DNA from: a virus
Taxonomy: Duplodnaviria > Caudoviricetes
Length of the DNA stretch: 64,000 nucleotides
Virus record (IMG/VR): IMGVR_UViG_3300006153_000003
Strand: one strand, 5' to 3'
The notes beneath the pieces are model-generated. The model did not search any database. It was not told where the DNA came from and saw only the letters and a list, made by a program, of their open reading frames with translations. Positions 9,559 through 19,431 of the stretch are shown piece after piece. Within the stretch, counting starts at the first letter, position 1. Every line of letters starts with the position of its first letter. The position numbers were made by a program, and so were the translations under genes.

Positions 9559-9747
9559 TCAATCCTCCATACCTTTAGATGTTACCGTGTATCTGGTTTC
9601 AACCTTAACGTCTACTTTCCCATCAACATAGGCTTGCAACAATGCTTCAGCCACGTCGCTATATTTCAACTTTTCAGCTTTGCATTTATCTCTAAAGATA
9701 CGTTGTAAGGATTCGTCAATCTGAATCGACATTGCTTTTCTTGCCAT
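9559..9747 (-). CDS. ribbon-helix-helix DNA-binding protein
   Basis: MSIQIDESLQRIFRDKC...YSDVAEALLQAYV RHH pattern; AGGAGG RBS. Confidence 0.75.
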   Translation of the reverse strand: MARKAMSIQIDESLQRIFRDKCKAEKLKYSDVAEALLQAYVDGKVDVKVETRYTVTSKGMED

Positions 9748-9773
9748 TCCTGTATATCCTCCTTACACAATAC

Positions 9774-9818
9774 ACAGTATCACTGTTTTAGTGATTTGTC
9801 AATCACTATTTTAATGAT
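9774..9818 (-). promoter_or_regulatory. sigma-A promoter overlapped by two ATCACT-N5-A(G/A)TGAT operators
   Basis: TTGACA at 9802-9797; palindromes at 9779-9795 and 9802-9818. Confidence 0.65.
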
Positions 9819-10670
9819 TTTTGTAAAAGTTTTTCCGTCCTCAAATAAACCGACTTCTTCGCCGATGTATAACTTTTCGCTGCCATCACAATCTTTTTTA
9901 GAGTCCAATTGACCGGACTTTCCCTATAATTTATAGCAATTAGTTTCTGAGCACGTATTCATATACTCATACTTACGATACCGGCGCGGGAAGCCTTGCT
10001 ATCTGATATCATGTTTAGGGGTTCCTGGGGTAAAGTCTGACACTTTCGATGCTTTACCCCGTTTCGATTGTATACCGACATATACCGTTTCTGTCCTTCC
10101 ATGGCATTTTTTCAAATTCTCAGCTGGGTTTCGCCCGTAATGCCCTAAGTGCTTATACCTACTCAGATCATAAAGCTTGTAGAGATTTTTATGTCCCGTT
10201 TGAGCGGTGGTTATTATCCCGTCTTTATGTCCTTTTGCTTCCCTAGTGTTTGTTGCCTTTTGGAAGTATCACCTTTTAACTATCACTCTATCTTAGTTGC
10301 CGTGTCAACGGGGAAAGAATGGTCATTGTCAAAATGTGATTGACAGAAACGATATACACCGTATACGGTGGGACTCTGTCGTTATAGTCCGTTTACGTTG
10401 CTTTTTACGGAATGCAATAACCATCGACTTGTTGACTGGTTTACCGCTCATTTTAACGACTTTAGCGAGACGCATGTTTGTCGACTATTGGGTTAACGTT
10501 GTGACCGCTCTAATGCGCTTATGCGGTGGCTTTTTAGCTTATTTACCGCCTCTCAAATATCACTATTGACTTTTCACTACTTGCCAAAAGTGACACGGCA
10601 CTAATGACTTTTTCGCAAGTCTCAATATTATGTTGAGGATTTTTGTACCTTTTTAAAAAGAACGCTGTCA

Positions 10671-10723
10671 ATATATGCACTTATTACATTTTAGGCGATA
10701 TATGCACTTATTACCATATAGGC
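10671..10723. repeat. tandem direct repeat ATATATGCACTTATTAC (x2, 27-bp period)
   Basis: Exact copies at 10671-10687 and 10698-10714, each followed by ..TAGGC. Confidence 0.8.
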
Positions 10724-10760
10724 AGCCCTCACGCCTTCATCTGTAGCCCTCATGACGATA

Positions 10761-10808
10761 TTAAAAAGGTGTAAAGCCCTTAACAACTGAATAAAGACTT
10801 TACACCTT
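10761..10808 (-). terminator. intrinsic terminator of the 50-aa gene
   Basis: AAGGTGTAAAG/CTTTACACCTT stem followed by T run on the minus strand. Confidence 0.7.
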
Positions 10809-10821
10809 AACTTGATGTAGG

Positions 10822-10974
10822 TTATTCTGTTTTGTCAGAATTGCTGCTACTTGTCATTCCCTTGTCAATACGTTTAATACCGTTTTTTATAACCTCTTTT
10901 GCTTTCTCTGTATTGTCAGTTTCAAGTAGAGCTAATATAGAATCTAATAATATACATAGCTCTTGATTATTCAT
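10822..10974 (-). CDS. small hypothetical protein (50 aa)
   Basis: Read by hand: AAAGGTGGTG RBS, MNNQELCILLDSILALLETDNTEKAKEVIKNGIKRID...; own promoter TTTACA(11051)-17-TATAAT(11028). Confidence 0.7.
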   Translation of the reverse strand: MNNQELCILLDSILALLETDNTEKAKEVIKNGIKRIDKGMTSSSNSDKTE

Positions 10975-11314
10975 ATCTTCACCACCTTTTTATAAGTAAG
11001 CGCCGTTTACTTTGGTACTTTTATTATATCAATCGGTGAATGTGGTGTAAAGCCTTTATTCAATTGTCAAGGTGCTTTAGGTTATTCGACTGGTAAGCTC
11101 ATCCTATCTAACTTTTTGCTGATTACTTACCAGTGATAAGGGGCTCTGCCGGAAACGTGCTAGGCGCCGGTCTTCCTACCTTATGTAGCTTTCGGTCAGA
11201 CTTGTTAGGGGCTCAGGCTTTCAAGTGTCTGCCACTGTTTACCTATCGTTTAACCTTTATCCCTCGGTGATGTCGGTTTGTGTTGCTTTACCGTGTTCCC
11301 CTTGGGATGGTTAT

Positions 11315-11413
11315 ACTATATCATGGCTAAACTCATTTTTCAAGTCTTTTTTATGGGTTTAGCCATGTTTGTTTATTATTACTAATATACATATTAAAAT
11401 GAGTTTAGTCATT
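11315..11413 (-). promoter_or_regulatory. leftward sigma-A promoter with three ATGRGTTTAGYCAT operators (divergent switch region)
   Basis: TTGAAA(11343)-17-TATAGT(11320); operator copies at 11322-11336 (inverted), 11353-11367 and 11399-11413; divergent RHH gene at 11532. Confidence 0.65.
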
Positions 11414-11531
11414 TATATATTATGCACAATATCTAATAGTATTATTGACAAACCACATGATACAATGATACTGTTATATACTACCCTTTTGCCCAAAAAG
11501 AAGAATATTACATATAGGAAAGGGGAAAAAC

Positions 11532-11771
11532 ATGATGAACGAAATAGAAAAGAAAAAGAGAATAAAAGAACAAAATAGAAAGGCTGTCAAGAAATATAGA
11601 GAAAAAACAGTCAGCTTTGCCGTAAAATATAGTGCTGTTGATGCTGAGCAAGGAAAACGGTTAAAAGCTTATCTTGCCAATACCGGACAGAGTGCCAATG
11701 CATATATAAAAGAATTGATCAAGCGTGATTTAGATAGTAAAGGGATTGAATATACCACAAATGAGGAATAA
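11532..11771 (+). CDS. RHH/Arc-like DNA-binding protein (probable repressor)
   Basis: RKAVKKY...LKAYLANTGQSANAYIKELIKRDL pattern. Confidence 0.7.
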   Translation: MMNEIEKKKRIKEQNRKAVKKYREKTVSFAVKYSAVDAEQGKRLKAYLANTGQSANAYIKELIKRDLDSKGIEYTTNEE

Positions 11772-11776
11772 AAATC

Positions 11777-12892
11777 ATGATAGACAAGTTTATAGATATA
11801 TTAGTCAAATATAAAAGTGAGAAATGGTGTCCTGATATTGCTTTTAATATTAATAATAATATACAAGATATAATATGCTATTTAAAGAATATAAAAAAGA
11901 ATTTATCTCACAAAATATTTGAAATTAATTTATCTGATAAAATATATGATGATAATATAATTATTGATATACAAAACGACATTAAAAGTATAAAAGAATT
12001 AATTAAACATTTTGAAAAACTGAAACAAAATATTATTGATATAACATCAAGAATAGAGCAAAAAGTAATATTTGATACACAAATATATTTATATGTTATT
12101 GATGATAATTTGTGTCCAGAATGCAATGTAAAATTATATCCTTTATACATCGATTACCAAAAAAATATAGACGGAAATATAGATAATTATGAGAGAATAG
12201 AAGGTTATGAATGTCAATGCTGTAAAAAAATATTTGCTATGCAATATGATATAAATGATATTGATTTTACTGATACAAATATTACATTAGACTATCGCTA
12301 TTTAAAAGATGAAAATCAACTAACTTTTAATGATGTTATAGTATTATCTAATCTCATATCATGTACTACTAAAGAACATAGTTTAAAGGATATAATAGCA
12401 CAGATACCCATAATTAGCGCGAATGGTAGTATTGATTTTATCAGACTTAATATATCGTATTGCAGTAATTGCAATAAGTATATTATGCTGAAAAATGATT
12501 TTAAAGAAATTGATGGAATTGTAGCTTGTAAGGTTATTGATAAAACTACTATACGGAATAGAAATGATAGTGATATCATTGAAATAAAACAATATGAATC
12601 TATATTGTATCAGTATGGATATAATGTAAAAGCTAAAGACAATTTAAGCGATAAACAGAGACATCTAATACTTGCTGCTGTGGTGGAGTCTGGTATATTG
12701 ACACGTGAACAAATATGCTCTCATTTAGATACTTTAATAGAGCGTGGAAGTAAAATAGAAAAGTGGAAAGACGCAACTAAAAAATGGAGACAAGATAGGC
12801 ATTATGTAAAGGGATATAATGTAAATAATTTACCTAAAATATTGATTGAAAAAGTGATATTAAAATATAGTCAAATGTCATTAAATATATAA
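11777..12892 (+). CDS. Cys-rich (multiple CxxC) hypothetical protein, very AT-rich
   Basis: 371-aa ORF; CPEC, CQCC and CSNC motifs. Confidence 0.8.
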   Translation: MIDKFIDILVKYKSEKWCPDIAFNINNNIQDIICYLKNIKKNLSHKIFEINLSDKIYDDNIIIDIQNDIKSIKELIKHFEKLKQNIIDITSRIEQKVIFDTQIYLYVIDDNLCPECNVKLYPLYIDYQKNIDGNIDNYERIEGYECQCCKKIFAMQYDINDIDFTDTNITLDYRYLKDENQLTFNDVIVLSNLISCTTKEHSLKDIIAQIPIISANGSIDFIRLNISYCSNCNKYIMLKNDFKEIDGIVACKVIDKTTIRNRNDSDIIEIKQYESILYQYGYNVKAKDNLSDKQRHLILAAVVESGILTREQICSHLDTLIERGSKIEKWKDATKKWRQDRHYVKGYNVNNLPKILIEKVILKYSQMSLNI

Positions 12893-14075
12893 AGTTATAT
12901 GTATATGTATGATGGTTATATGGGTATATGTCTGTCTGATCAGAGTGAATAAAGATATTGAGCACATAAAGAGATAGACGGTTATAAGGATGTATAAGAC
13001 GGCCATATGATGGCGTGTCATATGATGGTTATATATGTATGATATGATGGATGTATAAGGGCTTTAAAGAGCTTTAAAAGGACGTATAAGGCAGATAATA
13101 GGGATATATAGCAATAAGGGCTTATGATGGGCTTATGATGGTATAGTAATGTGATCTGGTGATCGGATGGCGCAATGAGTCAAGGAAAGCCAGGAGAAAA
13201 AAAAGAAATCAGATAATTATTTTATATATACAATTATTTGCAAATTATTTTATGAATTGTGATGATTTATTTGATTTATTTTGTAAATTATTGTACAATA
13301 TATATTATGCAAAATACTTTTGTAAAACCATTTTATAAAAGTATTTTATAAATTAGATATACAAAATATGTTTATAAAACCGAACCTAAATATCACTATC
13401 CCCCATACCTAAAACCATACCCCGGACACTTGAAACCCCTATAAGCAAGGGGTTTTTTGATGTCCTAAAGTTGCAAAAATGGTCTATTCATAACCAGATA
13501 TACCATAATACTACACTATTATGCTATGGGGGTATGTTTACATTACAAAACACTTCAAATTAGAACGAATGTTCTGGATGAGTTCCACACACAGATTACC
13601 TTCAAAAATCCAAATAATATCAACAAAAAATCCACCTCAGCCGGCATTAATCTTCTCATCCACTCTCCCATCACTACATCACTCCAAATTGTGTCAAAAT
13701 TACAAACAATTCATAAAATCACTCACCAAGCAGTTCGAGAACCAATTCGAGAAAACATCTCAACCTCAACAAAAATTAAATTATCAGACAATTCAATTTC
13801 CCATAAAACCCTATAAAAATACTATCCCACTCAGCAAAAAATCCTACAATTTCAATCAAATTCCCGAGCGTAACACAAAACAGAAATTTCCCAGGCAAAA
13901 TCACTACTCTCTCCCTACAAAATTTCCCTCTCTCAATCTCCAAAAAATCCTACAAAATCAACACTTTCCCTTACTCCCTCCTTCTCTCACTTCGAGCCAT
14001 TCCCGAGCTTCCTTTCAAGAATCCTATATCTCAAAATAAAAATATACTCATGGCTTTCAAATTCCCAGGAAATTT
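12893..14075. repeat. strand-asymmetric low-complexity non-coding region with short repeats and central inverted repeat
   Basis: G-rich TATGATGG/TATAAG units on the left; AT-rich core with 17-bp IR at 13311-13347; C/A-rich TTCCC units on the right. Confidence 0.7.
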
Positions 14076-14141
14076 TTTGCATGATTTTCACCAGAGAAAA
14101 GAAGAAAAAGGTAAAGAAATTACAAAAACAAGAAGGAGAAC

Positions 14142-15119
14142 ATGATTATGAAAAAATATCTTATCAAATTCAGGAGCCAGGGAAAGGACTGTATAGAATC
14201 CTGCATTGTAGAAGAGGTGAATCTTTTAGCTGCAATTATTTTTGCAAGCAACAATCATAAGATATCATGTTATGACATATTCCACGTAGAGGAATTACCA
14301 CCAGATAATGATGCAATAGAAAGAAACAATAATATCACCGGTGATGATTGCATCTCCTCATTTCCATATGATATACTAATACCATCTAATACAAAAGAAA
14401 AAAAGGAGGAGAAATCTATATCTTTCTTTAATGTCAACTGGAAAGATTATACAGAATCATTAGCATCCATTGCTACACCTGAAAACTGGTCAAATGATAC
14501 TTATCCCAATAATGGCATACTTACAAATTATATTGTTCATACAGTTGAGAAACTAAAATCTGAAAAGAATATAATACAAACCAAAGATTACAGATTATTT
14601 AATACGGGATTATTTACCAAATATTATGAACCCATATATGCTTATGCTACAAATCAAAAAACAGTCTCTTTTCTAACTGAATATGATTTAGGGAAAATTG
14701 GAATTGAAAATTATCCTGAAAGAACAAATTATTTCACTGATCCCAGTTTGCTTCTATTCGACTGGCATTATAAGATTAATGTACATTATAAACATATTTT
14801 AGAAGATGAAGACAATCGACAGAGACTTCCAAAGGAAATATTAGAAAGATCTGATATTATCAATACCCTCAACGGCTCCATAGATACCATGAAAAAAAGA
14901 GTATCGGCAAATTACAAATTAGCTATACCACAGTATTTTGATGGAAAAGTGCAACTACTACTCCCATTATGTTTACGTTCTGACGATAAACCGGATTTGG
15001 CTTTAGTAGTAACAAAAGCAGCTAATACGTACCAGGGTCATACATGCATTACCTTAGATATGGCGTATAATAATGCACGGTTGATAGCAAAACCTGAGAA
15101 TAACTGGTTAAGTTCATAA
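14142..15119 (+). CDS. DUF3825-like domain protein
   Basis: C-terminal FNTGL...QLLLPLCL...DLALVV...TLDMAYNNARLI..P...WL signature (recognised from memory). Confidence 0.7.
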   Translation: MIMKKYLIKFRSQGKDCIESCIVEEVNLLAAIIFASNNHKISCYDIFHVEELPPDNDAIERNNNITGDDCISSFPYDILIPSNTKEKKEEKSISFFNVNWKDYTESLASIATPENWSNDTYPNNGILTNYIVHTVEKLKSEKNIIQTKDYRLFNTGLFTKYYEPIYAYATNQKTVSFLTEYDLGKIGIENYPERTNYFTDPSLLLFDWHYKINVHYKHILEDEDNRQRLPKEILERSDIINTLNGSIDTMKKRVSANYKLAIPQYFDGKVQLLLPLCLRSDDKPDLALVVTKAANTYQGHTCITLDMAYNNARLIAKPENNWLSS

Positions 15120-15800
15120 ATTTCACAGACAAAAATACAGTATGATAACAGAAATATCGCACTGTATTTTTTTGTTACTCTATTTTAAGAAATTGATACC
15201 AAAAATCCGTTTCTACCCTTTCAACACACAAATTATAGCTAAACATCATGAGATTGAAATTCTCCCCGTATTTTGCGCATATAATCTCCATTTCCCAGGT
15301 AAACACTCTATGGGTATATTTTGTTCCATCCCCATTAGGAGAATCAAAAACATATATCTTGATTTAGATAATGAGTAAATATCCCTACACCTCCCCGTAA
15401 ATAACCATATAAAAATTCTGTTAGGTTTATTTCGAGAAATCAGCATCTAAATCCATTTCACCCTCTTACCCTAACAAGTTATCACCCACCACCATAGGAT
15501 TGAAATTCACCCTTGATTTCGTCAATTTACTCCTTATATCTCAGGTAGATATATTTCGCCAGGACTCCCACAGGACTCTATATCGTGTTCAAAGCAATAT
15601 CATGACTTCCCACTTTCTATGTTGATTTTTCAAAATAATTTTCCTCAAAATACAGAAGTAATAAATGTCTGTAAAATAAAAGCAAAGGAGAGATTCTATT
15701 ATGACAAGCAACACAACTTTACAAATAATCAATTTTAATTTGAAATCCCAGGAAATATAGAAGTATATAAAGGAAAATATTTTTAATGGAGGAAATTTAC

Positions 15801-16595
15801 ATGAGCAAAGAAATAACAAATGTATCTATCAACGTACTGAAAGTACACCCACGCAATGCAGAATTTTTTGATGATATCTCAGGAAAGGAGTATGAAGAAT
15901 TCAAAAAATCAATCTTGGAAGATGGGATTATATCAGAAATCATCGTTGCTCCTGATATGACCATCATATCTGGACACCAAAGATTCAAAGCTGCAAAAGC
16001 AATAGGAATTCCAATGGTTCCTATCAGAATTAGAGAAGATCTTATTGATGAAGACAAGAAACTTAAAGTTCTTTTAGCCGCAAATTTCCAGAGACCTAAG
16101 AATAGCGAAGCAAAACAACGGAAAGTTGCAGATGAATACGTAAGACTGTGTGGGTATGGTAACGGAGGCAATAGACAAGCACAAGTCCAAAATGGTCTTC
16201 TGCTATCCCTTGATGACATAGCATCTCAACTGGGAACATCAAAAACAAATTTAAAACGTGCATTACGCATAGAACGTAATCTTACAGATTCCATGAAAGA
16301 ATTACTAGACACTGGCATAATCACCAAGTCATTAGCAGCTGATATGATAGCCACTCTTTCGGAAGAAGAACAAGAAAAATATTTTAAAATTTTTATTCAG
16401 AGACTTTACAAAGATACTCGAAAAAATGCAGGACTTGGATCAAAAATATCACGTACACATAAGAGAGACTATCAGAGATGTATTGATCACATAGAAGCCT
16501 GGATTCCCAGCTGTGGCTGTGCAGAATTAAGAGCAAAGGCAGATGCTAATGCTAAAGCAAGGTTGGAAGCTAAAAAATTGGGCTACCGAAAATAA
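15801..16595 (+). CDS. ParB-like N-terminal domain + HTH protein
   Basis: LKVHPRN, IISGHQRFKAA (ParB/Srx) and LDDIASQLGTSKTNL HTH; GGAGG RBS before 15801. Confidence 0.85.
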   Translation: MSKEITNVSINVLKVHPRNAEFFDDISGKEYEEFKKSILEDGIISEIIVAPDMTIISGHQRFKAAKAIGIPMVPIRIREDLIDEDKKLKVLLAANFQRPKNSEAKQRKVADEYVRLCGYGNGGNRQAQVQNGLLLSLDDIASQLGTSKTNLKRALRIERNLTDSMKELLDTGIITKSLAADMIATLSEEEQEKYFKIFIQRLYKDTRKNAGLGSKISRTHKRDYQRCIDHIEAWIPSCGCAELRAKADANAKARLEAKKLGYRK

Positions 16596-16944
16596 TTATA
16601 TGGTTTTTGTTCACAGAGAGAAGTATATAATATTGGAGTTTAAATATACTTCTTTGCTATGTAACCTGTAATGATTATAAAGGAGGTTTGTAATGCGTGG
16701 CAGAAAGCCGCGCATATATATCTGTCTTATTTAATATGTTATTATCTTTATTCTGTTCAGTTGACCACCATTTTTTTACAAAAAAAGTCCAAAAATTTTT
16801 TAACTTTTGTATTTTTTTAAACGTACACTGAACTCTCGTAAGGAAAGAAGAAAGAAAAAATACAGATCATACAAACAACAAAAATATATATTAGCATCAC
16901 AGCAAAAAATCCAATTATTAGATGAAGTAAAAGAGAAAAGACGA

Positions 16945-17850
16945 ATGAAAGAAAATAACAATAGTAAAAGGAAATATTTTAAGTCTAAAGAATTTGATTT
17001 GACAGACTTTAAAATTTTTAACACAAAAAAGAAGAAATATAAAAATTGTGCAAACTATTTTACAAGGATTCCTAATGAGTTTATTCAGTGCGATTTGCCA
17101 AGAAAATTTGGAGTAAATAGAATTTTACTTGTTGTATTTTGCGAAATAGATAGAAATAGATCTTATGAAGATAATTCGTATATTTGCATACGAGATATTT
17201 TTGAAAAATGTAATTATAAAATGGCATCAAGAAAACCAAAGATTTTTTATGAAATATTAAAATGCTTATTATTTCTAAAAGAGAATAATTACATAGAATG
17301 TAATTTTGATCCAAATAATATCAGATATAGTGATTGTATAAAAATTAATATCATTAAAGATGTTTTTGATGCTTCAGATTCTTTTACAAAAGCATACGGT
17401 AAAAAATTGGATTCAATATATACATCAGATACTAAATTATCAAAAGAATCACTTATAACAGTTTTTCTTTATATTAACTCATATATAAGATTCCGGCCAA
17501 GACAGGATGATGGATTTGAATATGATGATGCAGAGAATAATCCAGAAGCTTTTTTCAAAAGTATTGAAAGTATGTCAAAAGAATTATCTATGTCAAAGGA
17601 TACAATTAACCAATGTATAGATTATTTAACAACATCAACAGATGCCGTTCCTGCCCTTCTGATAAAAAAAGAAGTAGGTAGTGTACAACCGGATAAGTCA
17701 AAACCACCACAAAATGTGCCAAATATTTATGTATTGAACAAAAAAGGATATTATCAAGAAATAGAGTGGGCATTGAACAAAATGTTAGTATTGTATAAAG
17801 TAGATAAATTTTATCCTATTAAAAGTGGAAATTATCGATTTGAAAATTAG
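16945..17850 (+). CDS. winged-HTH protein, putative replication initiator
   Basis: FTRIPNEFI N-terminus and SIESMSKELSMSKDTINQCIDYL HTH; preceded by an AT-rich non-coding tract; start uncertain. Confidence 0.55.
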   Translation: MKENNNSKRKYFKSKEFDLTDFKIFNTKKKKYKNCANYFTRIPNEFIQCDLPRKFGVNRILLVVFCEIDRNRSYEDNSYICIRDIFEKCNYKMASRKPKIFYEILKCLLFLKENNYIECNFDPNNIRYSDCIKINIIKDVFDASDSFTKAYGKKLDSIYTSDTKLSKESLITVFLYINSYIRFRPRQDDGFEYDDAENNPEAFFKSIESMSKELSMSKDTINQCIDYLTTSTDAVPALLIKKEVGSVQPDKSKPPQNVPNIYVLNKKGYYQEIEWALNKMLVLYKVDKFYPIKSGNYRFEN

Positions 17851-17993
17851 GCAAAAAGAGAAGTATATATTGTAACTACTAACATAGTCATTTTACCATA
17901 AATCCATTTTCCAAGAAAGGAACCAATCATTTATGAGAATCAAAGCAAAAAAGCAAAAAATAATAAAAAGAAAGGAAGAATTGTTACTAACGA

Positions 17994-18578
17994 ATGCAAC
18001 AGATAACAGAAAATTACACAACACAAAGACATAACAATCATCAAACCACTTTCAGTGGAATTATTAACATCAAAGATTTTGATACTAATTCGCCTAATAA
18101 AAAGAGAATTAGTAATCAGATAGAAGCAGCAAATTTAGAGCAACATTTAAACCAAAAAGTAAAAAGGAGAAAGAAATATGAAAGATACAGTCACATGACA
18201 CTAGAAGAACTTAGAGAAATGAAACTGGTATCAAATACAAATGGCAGACCAAGATCCGGGCTTACAGACGAAAAATGGCAAAAAGAATTTGCTTTAAGGA
18301 AAATGTTTATTACACCCCATAAAAAAATCACTAAACTAGCTGGGAAATATTCAAAAGAATCTGGTAAGTGGGATGAAGAAATAAAGGGGGAATATCAGGG
18401 ATGTACAAATTGGCAAGAATATTGCTCATTTATAAATGATGTATTATCAAATATTCGACAAGGGCAAAGAGATTATTGCTATTACATATTTCAAATTATG
18501 GATTTGGCAAAATTTCATTTTAACACTTTGAGAACAAAATATTATGATGGGTATTGGGAAGTTTGGCTAGAAAGATAA
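17994..18578 (+). CDS. hypothetical phage protein
   Basis: 194-aa ORF. Confidence 0.7.
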   Translation: MQQITENYTTQRHNNHQTTFSGIINIKDFDTNSPNKKRISNQIEAANLEQHLNQKVKRRKKYERYSHMTLEELREMKLVSNTNGRPRSGLTDEKWQKEFALRKMFITPHKKITKLAGKYSKESGKWDEEIKGEYQGCTNWQEYCSFINDVLSNIRQGQRDYCYYIFQIMDLAKFHFNTLRTKYYDGYWEVWLER

Positions 18579-18608
18579 TTTAATTAAAAATAAGAGGAGG
18601 AATTCAAG

Positions 18609-18998
18609 ATGAACAGAATTAAAAGAAAAGGATACACAGTAGAGATTGGGTTAGGTAGATATGGATATAAAGGATATTCCGTTGAATGCACATATCGTTA
18701 TGATAAGGATAAAGAAAAATATTTATTACATATAGGATTGAAAAATAAAAATATGGATGGATTCCGATTTGGAGTTGCTTCGGTTGATTTATATGATATT
18801 GATGCACAGTACATCTCCGGTACAAAAGAAACTATTTTGGACAATATCGATAGAATCGTCGAATATGCTGCCACTCATGAAGATGAGAACCATAAAAAGT
18901 TTTTTGATAAATATATTAAGCAAATTGATTATATGTATGAGTGCTGTGAGCGTGGTAATGAGTGTCTTGAAGAAGAAAGATTTGCAGATGCTTCATAA
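18609..18998 (+). CDS. hypothetical phage protein
   Basis: GAGGAGG RBS, 129 aa. Confidence 0.8.
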   Translation: MNRIKRKGYTVEIGLGRYGYKGYSVECTYRYDKDKEKYLLHIGLKNKNMDGFRFGVASVDLYDIDAQYISGTKETILDNIDRIVEYAATHEDENHKKFFDKYIKQIDYMYECCERGNECLEEERFADAS

Positions 18999-19431
18999 AG
19001 CAGATTACAAATATTTTACAAAAGCCCGTCAGGCAGCTTCTATATCCGATTATACAAACATACATGTTGGCTGTGTAGCTGTCTACCAGGGAAATATTAT
19101 AGGGATTGGGTGTAATTGTAATAAGACACACCCCTCCCAGAAATATTACAATAGATATCGTTCTCGCAATCATTGTAAAAGGGATGAATTACTGCCAAAG
19201 TTACATGCCGAAATTAATTGTATCAATTCCATAAAGAACCTGGATATACATTTTCATAAGGTAAAACTATACATATATCGCATCCGGAGAGATCAGCCAT
19301 TCGGGTTGAGTCGTCCTTGTCCTTCCTGTATGGCTGCTATCAGGGATATGGGAATCCGGGATATCTATTATACAACAAATTATGGTTATGCATATGAACG
19401 TGTCGGGTCCGTGGAAGGAGGTGCTGCATAA
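18988..19431 (+). CDS. zinc-dependent cytidine/dCMP-type deaminase
   Basis: HAE and PCPSC zinc motifs; VGCVAVYQGNIIGIGCN beta-strand. Confidence 0.85.
   Translation: MLHKADYKYFTKARQAASISDYTNIHVGCVAVYQGNIIGIGCNCNKTHPSQKYYNRYRSRNHCKRDELLPKLHAEINCINSIKNLDIHFHKVKLYIYRIRRDQPFGLSRPCPSCMAAIRDMGIRDIYYTTNYGYAYERVGSVEGGAA

Noticed and set aside
10049-10569. Three overlapping plus-strand ORFs in the control region
   Set aside because: No RBS, atypical composition, mutually overlapping; better explained as structured non-coding DNA
12893-13145. CRISPR or other regularly spaced array
   Set aside because: Repeats are 7-11 bp, irregularly spaced, with no unique spacers of constant length; no cas genes
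13521-14039. 172-aa and 96-aa ORFs
   Set aside because: No RBS; composition reflects the C/A-rich low-complexity tract, which lacks stop codons by bias
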